Shown here one piece after another: positions 9,124 to 16,463 of a stretch of 32,000 nucleotides of DNA. The stretch's first letter is position 1, and the number at the start of each line of letters is the position of its first letter. Position numbers and translations under genes: made by a program. This DNA comes from Escherichia coli. GTDB lineage: Bacteria; Pseudomonadota; Gammaproteobacteria; Enterobacterales; Enterobacteriaceae. The DNA is taken from assembly GCF_045348745.1 (NCBI RefSeq), contig NZ_CP162163.1. One strand, given 5' to 3'. The notes beneath the pieces are model-generated. The model saw only the letters and a list, made by a program, of their open reading frames with translations. It made no database searches and was not told the DNA's origin.

Positions 9124-11037
9124 TCATGCTCCACTCGATTTCAGTAATCCGCGATAGTCGAGGGCCGCGACACCTGCATCTATGCGCACCTTCCAGGCGA
9201 CGCCATCAACAGTAAATCCCTCCTGCTCCTCAAGATATGGCGTATCAATACCATCAAGATAAGCGACCTCTATCGTGTCCATACCCTTCGCCGCTGCCAC
9301 ATACCACTCCTTGTTATTGGCTTTATCAAGACGTGGCTCAACGATTACCTCCGCCATATCTTTCACCGCGTTAATGATGCCGGGGTTCTGATTGATAGTG
9401 CCCACGCCATCAACCGGAAAGAGTGATGACGATGACAGAATGGCGCGATGTGCGGCAGACTCCAGCGCGGCGGGGACCAGGACAAATGCGGGGGTAATAT
9501 TCAGCGAATCGCCGTTAGCGTCTTCCTGGAGGCGCATCAGCTTACGGGCTTCGTTAAGCCCCTCCATGTCCATATCCTTCGCAATAAGATTTTTATGATC
9601 GGCATGGAATAACGCTTTACCATCCGTAAACTTGCCGTTGCTGGTTAACAGGAGATAAACCAGATTGCCAACTGTTCTGGCAGCTGCGCGTCCCATCGCC
9701 ATGGGGATTGTAGTTAACTGGGTCAGATCATCGTTGATAATGGCCTGACGGGTAACGGAAAAAATATTCCCGTACGTGGCCAGCGCAATAGGTACACCTT
9801 TATCGCTGGTGGTGATGTATTTATATTCCGCGCCTTCCGGTACTTTATCCAGCTTTGAAAAACCATTCAGACCAACGCGCTTTGCTTCATGAAAGTTTGA
9901 AAGCGAACCGGTACGCGTCCATTTCTGGAACGTTTCGCCGCTGTCCTGCCAGCCTTTCAGTACTGATTTTTCAGCGCCACCAGCCAGAATATGAGAAAAA
10001 TCGCTGCTGCTGTGTGTGAAAGCTGCATTAACGACCTGCGAGCGATTTAAAAAACCGCCAACACTGATACCACGATCAGTTAGTGATGCCTGGGCCATTT
10101 CAAAAAGGCTCATCATCGCGTAAGGGTTGCCTCGTTCAGGGCGTTCATACCCAAGACGGGAATAAAGCCCCTGACGAATTGCATCACCTGTTATGTTTCC
10201 GTTTCCGGCATAGATATGAGGCGGGGTATTTTTATTGGATGGCGTGGACTCGCGCCCCAGCTCGTTCAACAGCTTTTCACGGGCCATTTCCGGTGTACAT
10301 GATGCATCTTCCAGACACGCCATTTTGATCCCATCGTAACGACTGCCGAACAGGCTAAACACTTCACTTATTCCATTGATGCGCTTCTGTTCATTACCAG
10401 CAATATTTGCCGCTCCCTGTGGCGGTGTAATCATTCCTTTAATGGTTTCCGGCATATGTAAAAAATCTCCTGTGCGTTTCGATTCAATTCGCGCCATTGC
10501 TCTGACGGATGGCAACAATTCATCAGCAAAACCGTGCTTAAGGCATTCTTTCCCATCCATCCAGGTTTCATCCTCCAGCATGGCGGTAATTTCCTGTGCT
10601 GATTTGCCCGTTTTTCTGGCATAAGCAGGGATTAACACGGTTTCCACCTTATCCAGCAAATCAGCATAATCACGCATATCGCCAGCATTTCCGCCAGAGA
10701 TCCCCCACGGCTTATGGATCATCATCATGGCGTTCTCCGGCATCACAACACGATCGCCAGCCATTGCGACCACCGAAGCCATTGAAGCCGCAACACCATC
10801 GATATAAACCGTAATGTCTGCCGGATGATTCCGTAACAGGTTATAGATGGCGATGCCTTCAAACACATCACCACCTGGTGAATGGATCCTCAGATTGATA
10901 TGTGAAACATCGCCAAGGGCTTTCAGGTCTTCCGCGAACTGCTTTGCAGTAACACCGAAGCCGCCAATCTCCTCATAGATAGATATATCCGCCGCTCCGC
11001 GAACATCCGCCGCCTTAATGGTGTACCAGCGATTCAT
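9124..11037 (-). CDS. ClpP-like prohead protease / major capsid protein fusion
   Basis: 637 aa. N-terminal ClpP-like serine protease (INLRIHSPGGDVFEGIAIYNLLRNHPADITVYIDGVAASMASVVAMAGD..MIHKPW); C-terminal half resembles phage major capsid proteins (FTDGKALFHADHKNL, FVLVPAALESAAHRAI, VEPRLD). Confidence 0.88.
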   Translation of the reverse strand: MNRWYTIKAADVRGAADISIYEEIGGFGVTAKQFAEDLKALGDVSHINLRIHSPGGDVFEGIAIYNLLRNHPADITVYIDGVAASMASVVAMAGDRVVMPENAMMMIHKPWGISGGNAGDMRDYADLLDKVETVLIPAYARKTGKSAQEITAMLEDETWMDGKECLKHGFADELLPSVRAMARIESKRTGDFLHMPETIKGMITPPQGAANIAGNEQKRINGISEVFSLFGSRYDGIKMACLEDASCTPEMAREKLLNELGRESTPSNKNTPPHIYAGNGNITGDAIRQGLYSRLGYERPERGNPYAMMSLFEMAQASLTDRGISVGGFLNRSQVVNAAFTHSSSDFSHILAGGAEKSVLKGWQDSGETFQKWTRTGSLSNFHEAKRVGLNGFSKLDKVPEGAEYKYITTSDKGVPIALATYGNIFSVTRQAIINDDLTQLTTIPMAMGRAAARTVGNLVYLLLTSNGKFTDGKALFHADHKNLIAKDMDMEGLNEARKLMRLQEDANGDSLNITPAFVLVPAALESAAHRAILSSSSLFPVDGVGTINQNPGIINAVKDMAEVIVEPRLDKANNKEWYVAAAKGMDTIEVAYLDGIDTPYLEEQEGFTVDGVAWKVRIDAGVAALDYRGLLKSSGA

Positions 11038-11243
11038 TATTCCCCCACCGATGCAAAACCATTCTGATTAAGCCAGGTGTTTACGGCATGTCTGACAATC
11101 TGCGCCACACCTGGTAATGGTTTGTCAGGATGATGATTTATATGGTCGATCCTGTACTGCTTAAGGCGCATAACGGTCTGCGCATCCAGATGAACGGAAC
11201 CACCCCTGATATCGCCCGTGTTCAGGTCATTAATACAACTCAC
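11037..11243 (-). CDS. Small hypothetical protein upstream of and coupled to the capsid fusion
   Basis: 68 aa, GTG start with an upstream AGAGGAAG ribosome-binding site; its end overlaps the capsid gene start. Confidence 0.6.
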   Translation of the reverse strand: MSCINDLNTGDIRGGSVHLDAQTVMRLKQYRIDHINHHPDKPLPGVAQIVRHAVNTWLNQNGFASVGE

Positions 11244-11343
11244 AGTAACTTCCTCTTACTGACTAAACTGTGCACATTATTGATCGATAAAAGTGGTAGA
11301 TAAACATATTTCTATCATAAAAATAGATTAATAAGATTCAGAC

Positions 11344-11368
11344 ACAAAAAAGCCGGAGAAAATCCGGC
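11344..11368 (-). terminator. Minus-strand Rho-independent terminator
   Basis: GCCGGA (11352-11357)/TCCGGC (11363-11368) stem with T-run on the minus strand. Confidence 0.75.
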
Positions 11369-11558
11369 ATAAATATCCCGCCATCTGAACACGTTTTGAC
11401 ACAGGCAACTCCACCTGGCAGGTGAAAAACAGATTTATTTATATATTTCAATTAATTGCAAACTGGTCTAATGACAGGGAGAAAAAAATATTGTACAGGT
11501 GAAAACAGAAATAATTTTTAATTATCAATAAATTATCACACATGCTGCCGCCGCCATG

Positions 11559-11628
11559 AAAATGCAAAAACCAGCCTTTTTCCGCGCCGCTCCCGCCCCG
11601 TGGCAGGTCACTACACCGGGAGGACCCG
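11559..11628. repeat. 70-bp direct repeat, copy B
   Basis: 68/70 identical and same orientation as 9023-9092. Confidence 0.95.
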
Positions 11629-11652
11629 TAAAAAAGCCGGATTGCTCCGGCC
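11629..11652 (-). terminator. Rho-independent terminator downstream of the ssb-like gene
   Basis: Minus strand GCCGGAGCAATCCGGC followed by TTTTTT; 16 bp past the end of the ssb-like gene. Confidence 0.8.
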
Positions 11653-11667
11653 TCTGTTACTCGTTGC

Positions 11668-12090
11668 TTAAAACGGTATGTTATCCCCGTACGGATCATC
11701 ATTTCCCGCCTGTTGTTTTGCCCTGTTCAGTGCGTCAGTGGCCTGCCCCTGTTGGCCTTTTTTACCACCTGGTCGCGCCGTTCTGGCACTGATTACACTG
11801 TCTGCGATAACCTGCCAGCTCTGCCGTATTTCGCCGTTCTGGCCTGTCCACTGGCTTACCTGCATGTTACCCGCCACGCTCACCAGTTCGCCTTTGTGGT
11901 GTTTTGCCAGTGCGTCGGCCTGCCTGCCAAACGCCAGAACGGATAACCACATTGTCGCCGTTCCGTCATCTGCCTGGCTGCACGGCAGGGGAACCGCCAT
12001 ACTCGCCATCGCCATTTGTGTCCCTTTGCTGGTGGTCTTTAACTGCGGGTCAGCCACCAGCCGCCCGTAAGCCGCTATCTGTGCTGTCAT
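11668..12090 (-). CDS. Phage/satellite-type single-stranded DNA-binding protein
   Basis: 140 aa OB-fold-like protein (IAAYGRLVADPQLKTTSKGTQMAMASMAV...MWLSVLAFGRQADALAKHHKGELVSVAGNMQ) with acidic tail ending DDPYGDNIPF, as in SSB C-tips. Confidence 0.85.
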   Translation of the reverse strand: MTAQIAAYGRLVADPQLKTTSKGTQMAMASMAVPLPCSQADDGTATMWLSVLAFGRQADALAKHHKGELVSVAGNMQVSQWTGQNGEIRQSWQVIADSVISARTARPGGKKGQQGQATDALNRAKQQAGNDDPYGDNIPF

Positions 12091-12365
12091 GCTGTCTGCT
12101 CTCCGGTTTTAACGTTGATGGTTGTTACCTGTTCCGCTTCGGCAATCTCCCGCTCTGTCAGCGTGGCAAAATTTGCCGCCGTCGTGGTCATGAATGCGCT
12201 TATCAGTTCGGGATGTGCTTTCGCGTATCCTTCCCCCGCGTGGCGGTCTATCGTTCTGATTGCCACCTTTAAAGCGTGCTCTGTCATGTCTAACGCGCGA
12301 TATTTCGGTTCTGTTCTGTCTCTGCGTTTTTTGAGTGATTTATTAAATTTCCCTGAAGTGTGCAT
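12087..12365 (-). CDS. Hypothetical phage-type protein overlapping the ssb-like start
   Basis: 92 aa ORF, 4-bp overlap with the downstream gene; start could be the internal Met at about 12287. Confidence 0.6.
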   Translation of the reverse strand: MHTSGKFNKSLKKRRDRTEPKYRALDMTEHALKVAIRTIDRHAGEGYAKAHPELISAFMTTTAANFATLTEREIAEAEQVTTINVKTGEQTA

Positions 12366-12410
12366 ATTTATTTTTACCCCCTCGTTTAAAAAGTTTTGAG
12401 TTGTGCCTCC

Positions 12411-12640
12411 CCTTGTCTACCTTATCTACCTTAGTGGCCCTCATGCCAGTAATGGCGCGGCTTTCAGCGGGGTAGAGTGCTTTTATCCACTATCTACCCC
12501 GTGTCTACCTCCCTGTCTGATTCAGGTAAAATCAGGTAGAGAGGGGAGATAGTGGGTAGACAGTAAAAAAAGGCTATCTACCTAACTTAATGCACTGAAT
12601 TAAATGTATTTTTATTTACTCAGGTAGACAGGGTAGACAG
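12411..12640. other. Candidate replication origin (iteron cluster)
   Basis: Ten GGTAGAN/NTCTACC heptamers in both orientations at 12415, 12424, 12471, 12492, 12503, 12535, 12555, 12576, 12623 and 12632, next to the 3' end of the primase gene. Confidence 0.65.
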
Positions 12641-12653
12641 CAATTACAAAAAA

Positions 12654-14408
12654 TTATAAAAACGCGTCGCACTCGTCTGTTGTTATTGCGTTAGTCTGCG
12701 TTACTCCCTTAACTTTCCGCGTAATATATTCATGTCCGTAAACTTTCGCAGCTGGCTTCATAGCCTTGCCAAAGTCATTTACGTTTAGCGGTTTGCTCCT
12801 GCCTGCGTACGCCATAAACGCCAGATAGACGCGGTAAAGGCTGTTTCTGGTCGTGTACTTCACTGAATCGCCACCGCCGCCCATCATCAGGCCGCGTGCT
12901 TCCTCCAGAAAATTCAGGAACTGGCAAAACTCAATAACCGGATCCGTCTGTTGCTTTATTGCCAGTGCTTCATCACCGTCACGCTGTTCAATGAGTAAAG
13001 CCCGTGCCTTTTCAGGGTCGGCAAAGTTCGCCAGCAAGCGGCGGATAATGACAGGGATTTCAGCCGCGATCTTTTCCGGTAGCTCCCTGTCTTTTTCTGC
13101 CTCGCTTACGATGTTATCGAACCGGAATATCACCCGACGACGTGCCACACCTCCGGCCCGTTCGGTGAATATCATCGGATTGTTATTGGTTGCCAGCACC
13201 ACCGCCCTGATTACCGCCGTAAAACGCTTTTCATATTTCGGGTTAATTTCCACGGGGTCGCCGCCCGTGATTTTCTTGATGCCCGTTCCTTCGCCTGTAT
13301 ATTTCGGCTGGTCTGCCAGGACGATAAGCCGACTCCCGACAACCTGCGCACGCCCACCAGCATCATCAAGCGATGTCATCTCAGCGCTTACTGTGTTCTG
13401 TTTCCCTGCCAGAAGGCTGGCTATGTGCGTAAATGTACTCTTGCCGCTCCCGCCGTCTCCTGTGGCCTCAATAAACATCTGCCAGTCGTACCGGTTCGCC
13501 ATAATCATGTATAGCGCGGCACATATGCGCATCATCTTGCCCGGGTCTTTTCCGGCTGCGTGATCAAGCCATTTATGAAAGTTTGGCGCGTTGTCGCGGA
13601 TATTCTCCCCTGGTACTGGCGGCGTGTACTCAATGCCGTTGTGTGTGGTGATCCAGTTATCAGGCGAGTGCGGGGAAAATTCCCCTGTTTTCAGGTCAAG
13701 CACGCCATTAGCGAACGGCAGCAAATCACCGGACGGCTCGCCCATTGGTTCGGCAATAACTTTTAACGCTTCAATGGCGTTACTGATTACGCGCTTGCTG
13801 AAAGTGGCTTTATGTTCTGAATAAATCGCCACCATTTCGCGGCTCAGTTCCATTGTGCTGACCGGACACCATACCCCGCCGCGCCAGACGTGGATGATTT
13901 CACTTTCCGGATGCACACAAACGCTATCAAAGCGATCGACAAGCAGTTGCGCGCGCTCACTGTCCGCCATCTGCGAAAGCTGCATTTTTTGCTTTACCGG
14001 AAGCTCAATAACCAGCCCATCAGAAAGATTCTGGCGTTCACGGGCCAGATATTCGCGCCAGTTCTCCACCTTCTTACCGTGCATTCCCTCAGGGTAAAAA
14101 TTTGCATCCTGTACGCCTGCCGCAGCCAGATTCTGACCAATCGCCTTAATCATTACAGGCGCAAGATGTCCGGCTCTGTAGATACGAGCGTATGTTCGGC
14201 CTTCCGGTACAATCTGTAGATTATCCAGTTCGGATAGCTGCTGCTCTCCAAGCCACACAGGAGGCTCATTATCTCCGGCTGTACGCGCGTCGTGTTCCTG
14301 CCACTGTTTCGCGTGTGACCAAGCATCACTACCCGCAAAAATGATCACTTCGGTTTGTTCGTGTTTTATTCCGCGAGGCTGTTTTTTTACGTTCGGTGCC
14401 AGTTTCAT
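12654..14408 (-). CDS. P4-family (D5-like) primase/helicase replication protein
   Basis: 584 aa; SF3 helicase-type Walker A IEATGDGGSGKSTFTHIASLLAG, NDEITR-like FEKRFTAVIRAVVLATNNNPMIFTERAGGVARRRVIFRFDN. Confidence 0.9.
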   Translation of the reverse strand: MKLAPNVKKQPRGIKHEQTEVIIFAGSDAWSHAKQWQEHDARTAGDNEPPVWLGEQQLSELDNLQIVPEGRTYARIYRAGHLAPVMIKAIGQNLAAAGVQDANFYPEGMHGKKVENWREYLARERQNLSDGLVIELPVKQKMQLSQMADSERAQLLVDRFDSVCVHPESEIIHVWRGGVWCPVSTMELSREMVAIYSEHKATFSKRVISNAIEALKVIAEPMGEPSGDLLPFANGVLDLKTGEFSPHSPDNWITTHNGIEYTPPVPGENIRDNAPNFHKWLDHAAGKDPGKMMRICAALYMIMANRYDWQMFIEATGDGGSGKSTFTHIASLLAGKQNTVSAEMTSLDDAGGRAQVVGSRLIVLADQPKYTGEGTGIKKITGGDPVEINPKYEKRFTAVIRAVVLATNNNPMIFTERAGGVARRRVIFRFDNIVSEAEKDRELPEKIAAEIPVIIRRLLANFADPEKARALLIEQRDGDEALAIKQQTDPVIEFCQFLNFLEEARGLMMGGGGDSVKYTTRNSLYRVYLAFMAYAGRSKPLNVNDFGKAMKPAAKVYGHEYITRKVKGVTQTNAITTDECDAFL

Positions 14409-14411
14409 TTC

Positions 14412-14693
14412 TTACCCCCCTGCGACCAGCATTTCACGGATTTTGCGGATATGACTTGCTGCACGTTTCTGATTTACGGCTTTACGATGGCCCACCAGCG
14501 TGAAATCACGCCGGAATTGATAAACAGGCATCACGCAATCATATTCGTAACCTTCACGGCGGTAGGTGATGCGCCGTTCTGCCACGCCTTTAATCGTTAC
14601 CATGCCGCCATATTTATCGCGGTAAATATCGCCGTTCATAAATTCAGGACGAGCGGGGCCGCTGGCAGTAACGCCAGAATTTTTATTTTTCAT
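14412..14693 (-). CDS. DUF4222-like small phage protein
   Basis: 93 aa; ...GDIYRDKYGGMVTIKGVAERRITYRREGYEYDCVMPVYQFRRDFTLV resembles DUF4222 members. Confidence 0.6.
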   Translation of the reverse strand: MKNKNSGVTASGPARPEFMNGDIYRDKYGGMVTIKGVAERRITYRREGYEYDCVMPVYQFRRDFTLVGHRKAVNQKRAASHIRKIREMLVAGG

Positions 14694-14698
14694 GTTTT

Positions 14699-14926
14699 TT
14701 ATTCTCCGGTGTGCTGCGCTTTATTATTCTCGTGAATTGCCATCACTGTATTTAATTCATTAATAACAGGCGTTAATAGCGTACGCACGGCAGAAAACAT
14801 CATTGAATCAGATTCATCGCCACTTTCCGGCACATCAATTAACTTAAGTAGTAATGCGTCCATTTCCTTTGCGCGGATTAATGCGTTTTCAGAATGAACA
14901 AGAACATCAAAGGGTATTTTATGCAT
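14699..14926 (-). CDS. Hypothetical small protein
   Basis: 75 aa ORF in series with the flanking minus-strand genes and overlapping the Icd/Ash-like gene end. Confidence 0.5.
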   Translation of the reverse strand: MHKIPFDVLVHSENALIRAKEMDALLLKLIDVPESGDESDSMMFSAVRTLLTPVINELNTVMAIHENNKAQHTGE

Positions 14927-15122
14927 GACTCACCCCCTGACGAATACGGGCGGCGAATACCATCACGCAGCCAGCCGGGGATTGCTGGCGTGCTTCCTGT
15001 TCGCTGGTGGCCTCAATGGTAATCACGCGCGGTTGTGCCGTGCTCAGGGCGATAAAACGCCAGATGTATTTATTCAGGTTGTACGAGTCCCGCCCTTGCG
15101 GGTGTCTGGTATAATTTCTCAT
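14919..15122 (-). CDS. Icd/Ash-like satellite protein (host division inhibitor-like family)
   Basis: C-terminal peptide FIALSTAQPRVITIEATSEQEARQQSPAGCVMVFAARIRQGVSHA has the P4-like Icd/Ash family pattern. Start uncertain: ATG at 15122 or GTG at 15230. Confidence 0.6.
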   Translation of the reverse strand: MRNYTRHPQGRDSYNLNKYIWRFIALSTAQPRVITIEATSEQEARQQSPAGCVMVFAARIRQGVSHA

Positions 15123-15219
15123 AGCTGCCTCGATACTTCTGCTATCGTTGGTGGTTAGAAGCCCGTTGGTGTTGGTAGCACCTGCGGGCTTTGTCTTTTC
15201 ATCGATTACCTTAATAAAG

Positions 15220-15300
15220 GTGTCAGCCACTATGCTAGTGACAGGTGTCAGCCACGTCAATAGTGTTTTTCTATTTTCTTGTGTGTATACTGTCAGCCAC
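15220..15300. promoter_or_regulatory. Triplicated TGTCAGCCAC motif in the divergent control region
   Basis: TGTCAGCCAC at 15221-15230, 15246-15255 and 15291-15300, just upstream of the ATG at 15322. Confidence 0.6.
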
Positions 15301-15321
15301 CTAATAACAAGGAAATCAGAT

Positions 15322-15501
15322 ATGGCAACGAAAGCAGTTAATGGAAAATCCAAAAAACTTGAGGCACGAGTACCCCATGCAATAGCTGACGCTGTAGAAA
15401 ATTTAAAGGAAGAAGGCGAAAGCACTGGGCAATTTATCGTTTCGGCGCTTGAAGGTGAGATCAAACGCCGCCAGCGCCGAAAGGCCAAAGAGCAGGAATA
15501 A
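15322..15501 (+). CDS. Small ribbon-helix-helix-like (YlcI/YnfO-like) regulatory protein
   Basis: 59 aa MATKAVNGKSKKLEARVPHAIADAVENLKEEGESTGQFIVSALEGEIKRRQRRKAKEQE; ARVP...A..ENLKEEGESTGQFIVSALEGEI is RHH-like. The supplied ORF is overextended upstream. Confidence 0.6.
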   Translation: MATKAVNGKSKKLEARVPHAIADAVENLKEEGESTGQFIVSALEGEIKRRQRRKAKEQE

Positions 15502-15558
15502 CCATCACCAGCGCCGTGGTGTGAGTAACTACGGCGCATTGCTATGCAGGACAACACA

Positions 15559-15732
15559 ATGACCGATAAAGAATTGACCAAAACATTATCACCGACACGG
15601 AAAAGACGGCGCAGAAAGATAGAGCATGAATCAGAAAGATTCGCGCCATGTGCTTTTGCCCTTGAGCAATTCCTTAAAGAGTACAGGGAAAAGCGCTCAT
15701 TGCAAACCTGGGAACGAACCGAATCTGACTGA
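15559..15732 (+). CDS. Hypothetical basic 57 aa protein
   Basis: ATG at 15559 (or 15544), Arg/Lys-rich, between the RHH-like gene and a plus-strand terminator. Confidence 0.4.
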   Translation: MTDKELTKTLSPTRKRRRRKIEHESERFAPCAFALEQFLKEYREKRSLQTWERTESD

Positions 15733-15796
15733 TCAAATTGCCCACCAGCCAGCAAATCGCTATGATGCACGGGCTTATGTTTAGTGTGTATCCACT

Positions 15797-15825
15797 GGCG
15801 ACCGCCACCGGTCGCCTTTGTTTTA
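15797..15825 (+). terminator. Rho-independent terminator closing the small divergent plus-strand genes
   Basis: GGCGACC/GGTCGCC stem followed by TTTGTTTT. Confidence 0.7.
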
Positions 15826-15843
15826 TGTACCATTGCAACAACC

Positions 15844-16053
15844 TCAGGCAGTCTTACCAACATTGACACGCTTACGGTTATTAACCCATGCAACAACCTC
15901 AGATCTTACCCAGCCAACTGAACGACCACCCAGACTAATGCGGGAAGGAAACCGACCTTGCTTTTCCATCTCATAACGGGTTGTGCGGCAAACGCCTGTT
16001 AGCTCTCTGCACTCTTTTTCGCGAATTACGCGATCTTCATTTATTTCACGCAT
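15844..16053 (-). CDS. AlpA-family HTH regulator / excisionase-like
   Basis: MREINEDRVIREKECRELTGVCRTTRYEMEKQGRFPSRISLGGRSVGWVRSEVVAWVNNRKR: classic AlpA pattern. Upstream in-frame ATG at 16080 is possible. Confidence 0.88.
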   Translation of the reverse strand: MREINEDRVIREKECRELTGVCRTTRYEMEKQGRFPSRISLGGRSVGWVRSEVVAWVNNRKRVNVGKTA

Positions 16054-16463
16054 ACAAAAACCTACATAAAATTTACGCATATAAACTTTTGTCTAGCTGT
16101 AGATATATGAGACCGGAGATAGCTTAAATTATTTTTCACCTCTTAGATTAAAGACACAACCTTGCCAAAAGCTATGTTCGCTAAGGTTCGTAGAAGCTCG
16201 TTAGTGTTTAAAATCGTGTCACGAGTTTTTCAGAGACGCAACAAAAAAATGTCGTCATCTGGCAGTTCGCCTGATTTATCCAATGTAAAACAAAGAGATA
16301 AATCAATCAGCCATTGGAAGAATCAAGAAACAGAAAATAAAGATTAATAAGAGCACATTTCAATTTTTTCGATGATTGACAAATAAAAAATCAACGAATT
16401 TTGTCGATATTTACCGATTTATTCACGGCTGTAATCTCTTAAAGAAAAAACAGCCGTGATTTG

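Noticed and set aside
11556-11792. 78 aa plus-strand ORF beginning in repeat copy B
   Set aside because: Runs antisense into the ssb-like gene and the terminator, and copy A reads in a different context, so the 70-bp conservation is unlikely to be protein-driven.
7652-12463. 18-bp near-repeat CCAG(C/T)AATGGCGCGGCTT at 7652-7669 and 12446-12463
   Set aside because: Noted as real sequence similarity (17/18) but too short and without context to assign a function beyond possible shared ancestry of satellite segments.
14919-15896. 325 aa minus-strand ORF
   Set aside because: Only its last ~67 (up to ~104) residues look like a real Icd/Ash-like protein. The upstream part runs antisense through the RHH-like gene, the 57 aa ORF and a terminator and has unnatural composition.
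16423-16459. Inverted repeat TCACGGCTG/CAGCCGTGA after the integrase gene as a terminator
   Set aside because: The loop is long (about 19 nt) and the following minus-strand sequence is AATAAAT rather than a good T-tract, so not called as a feature.
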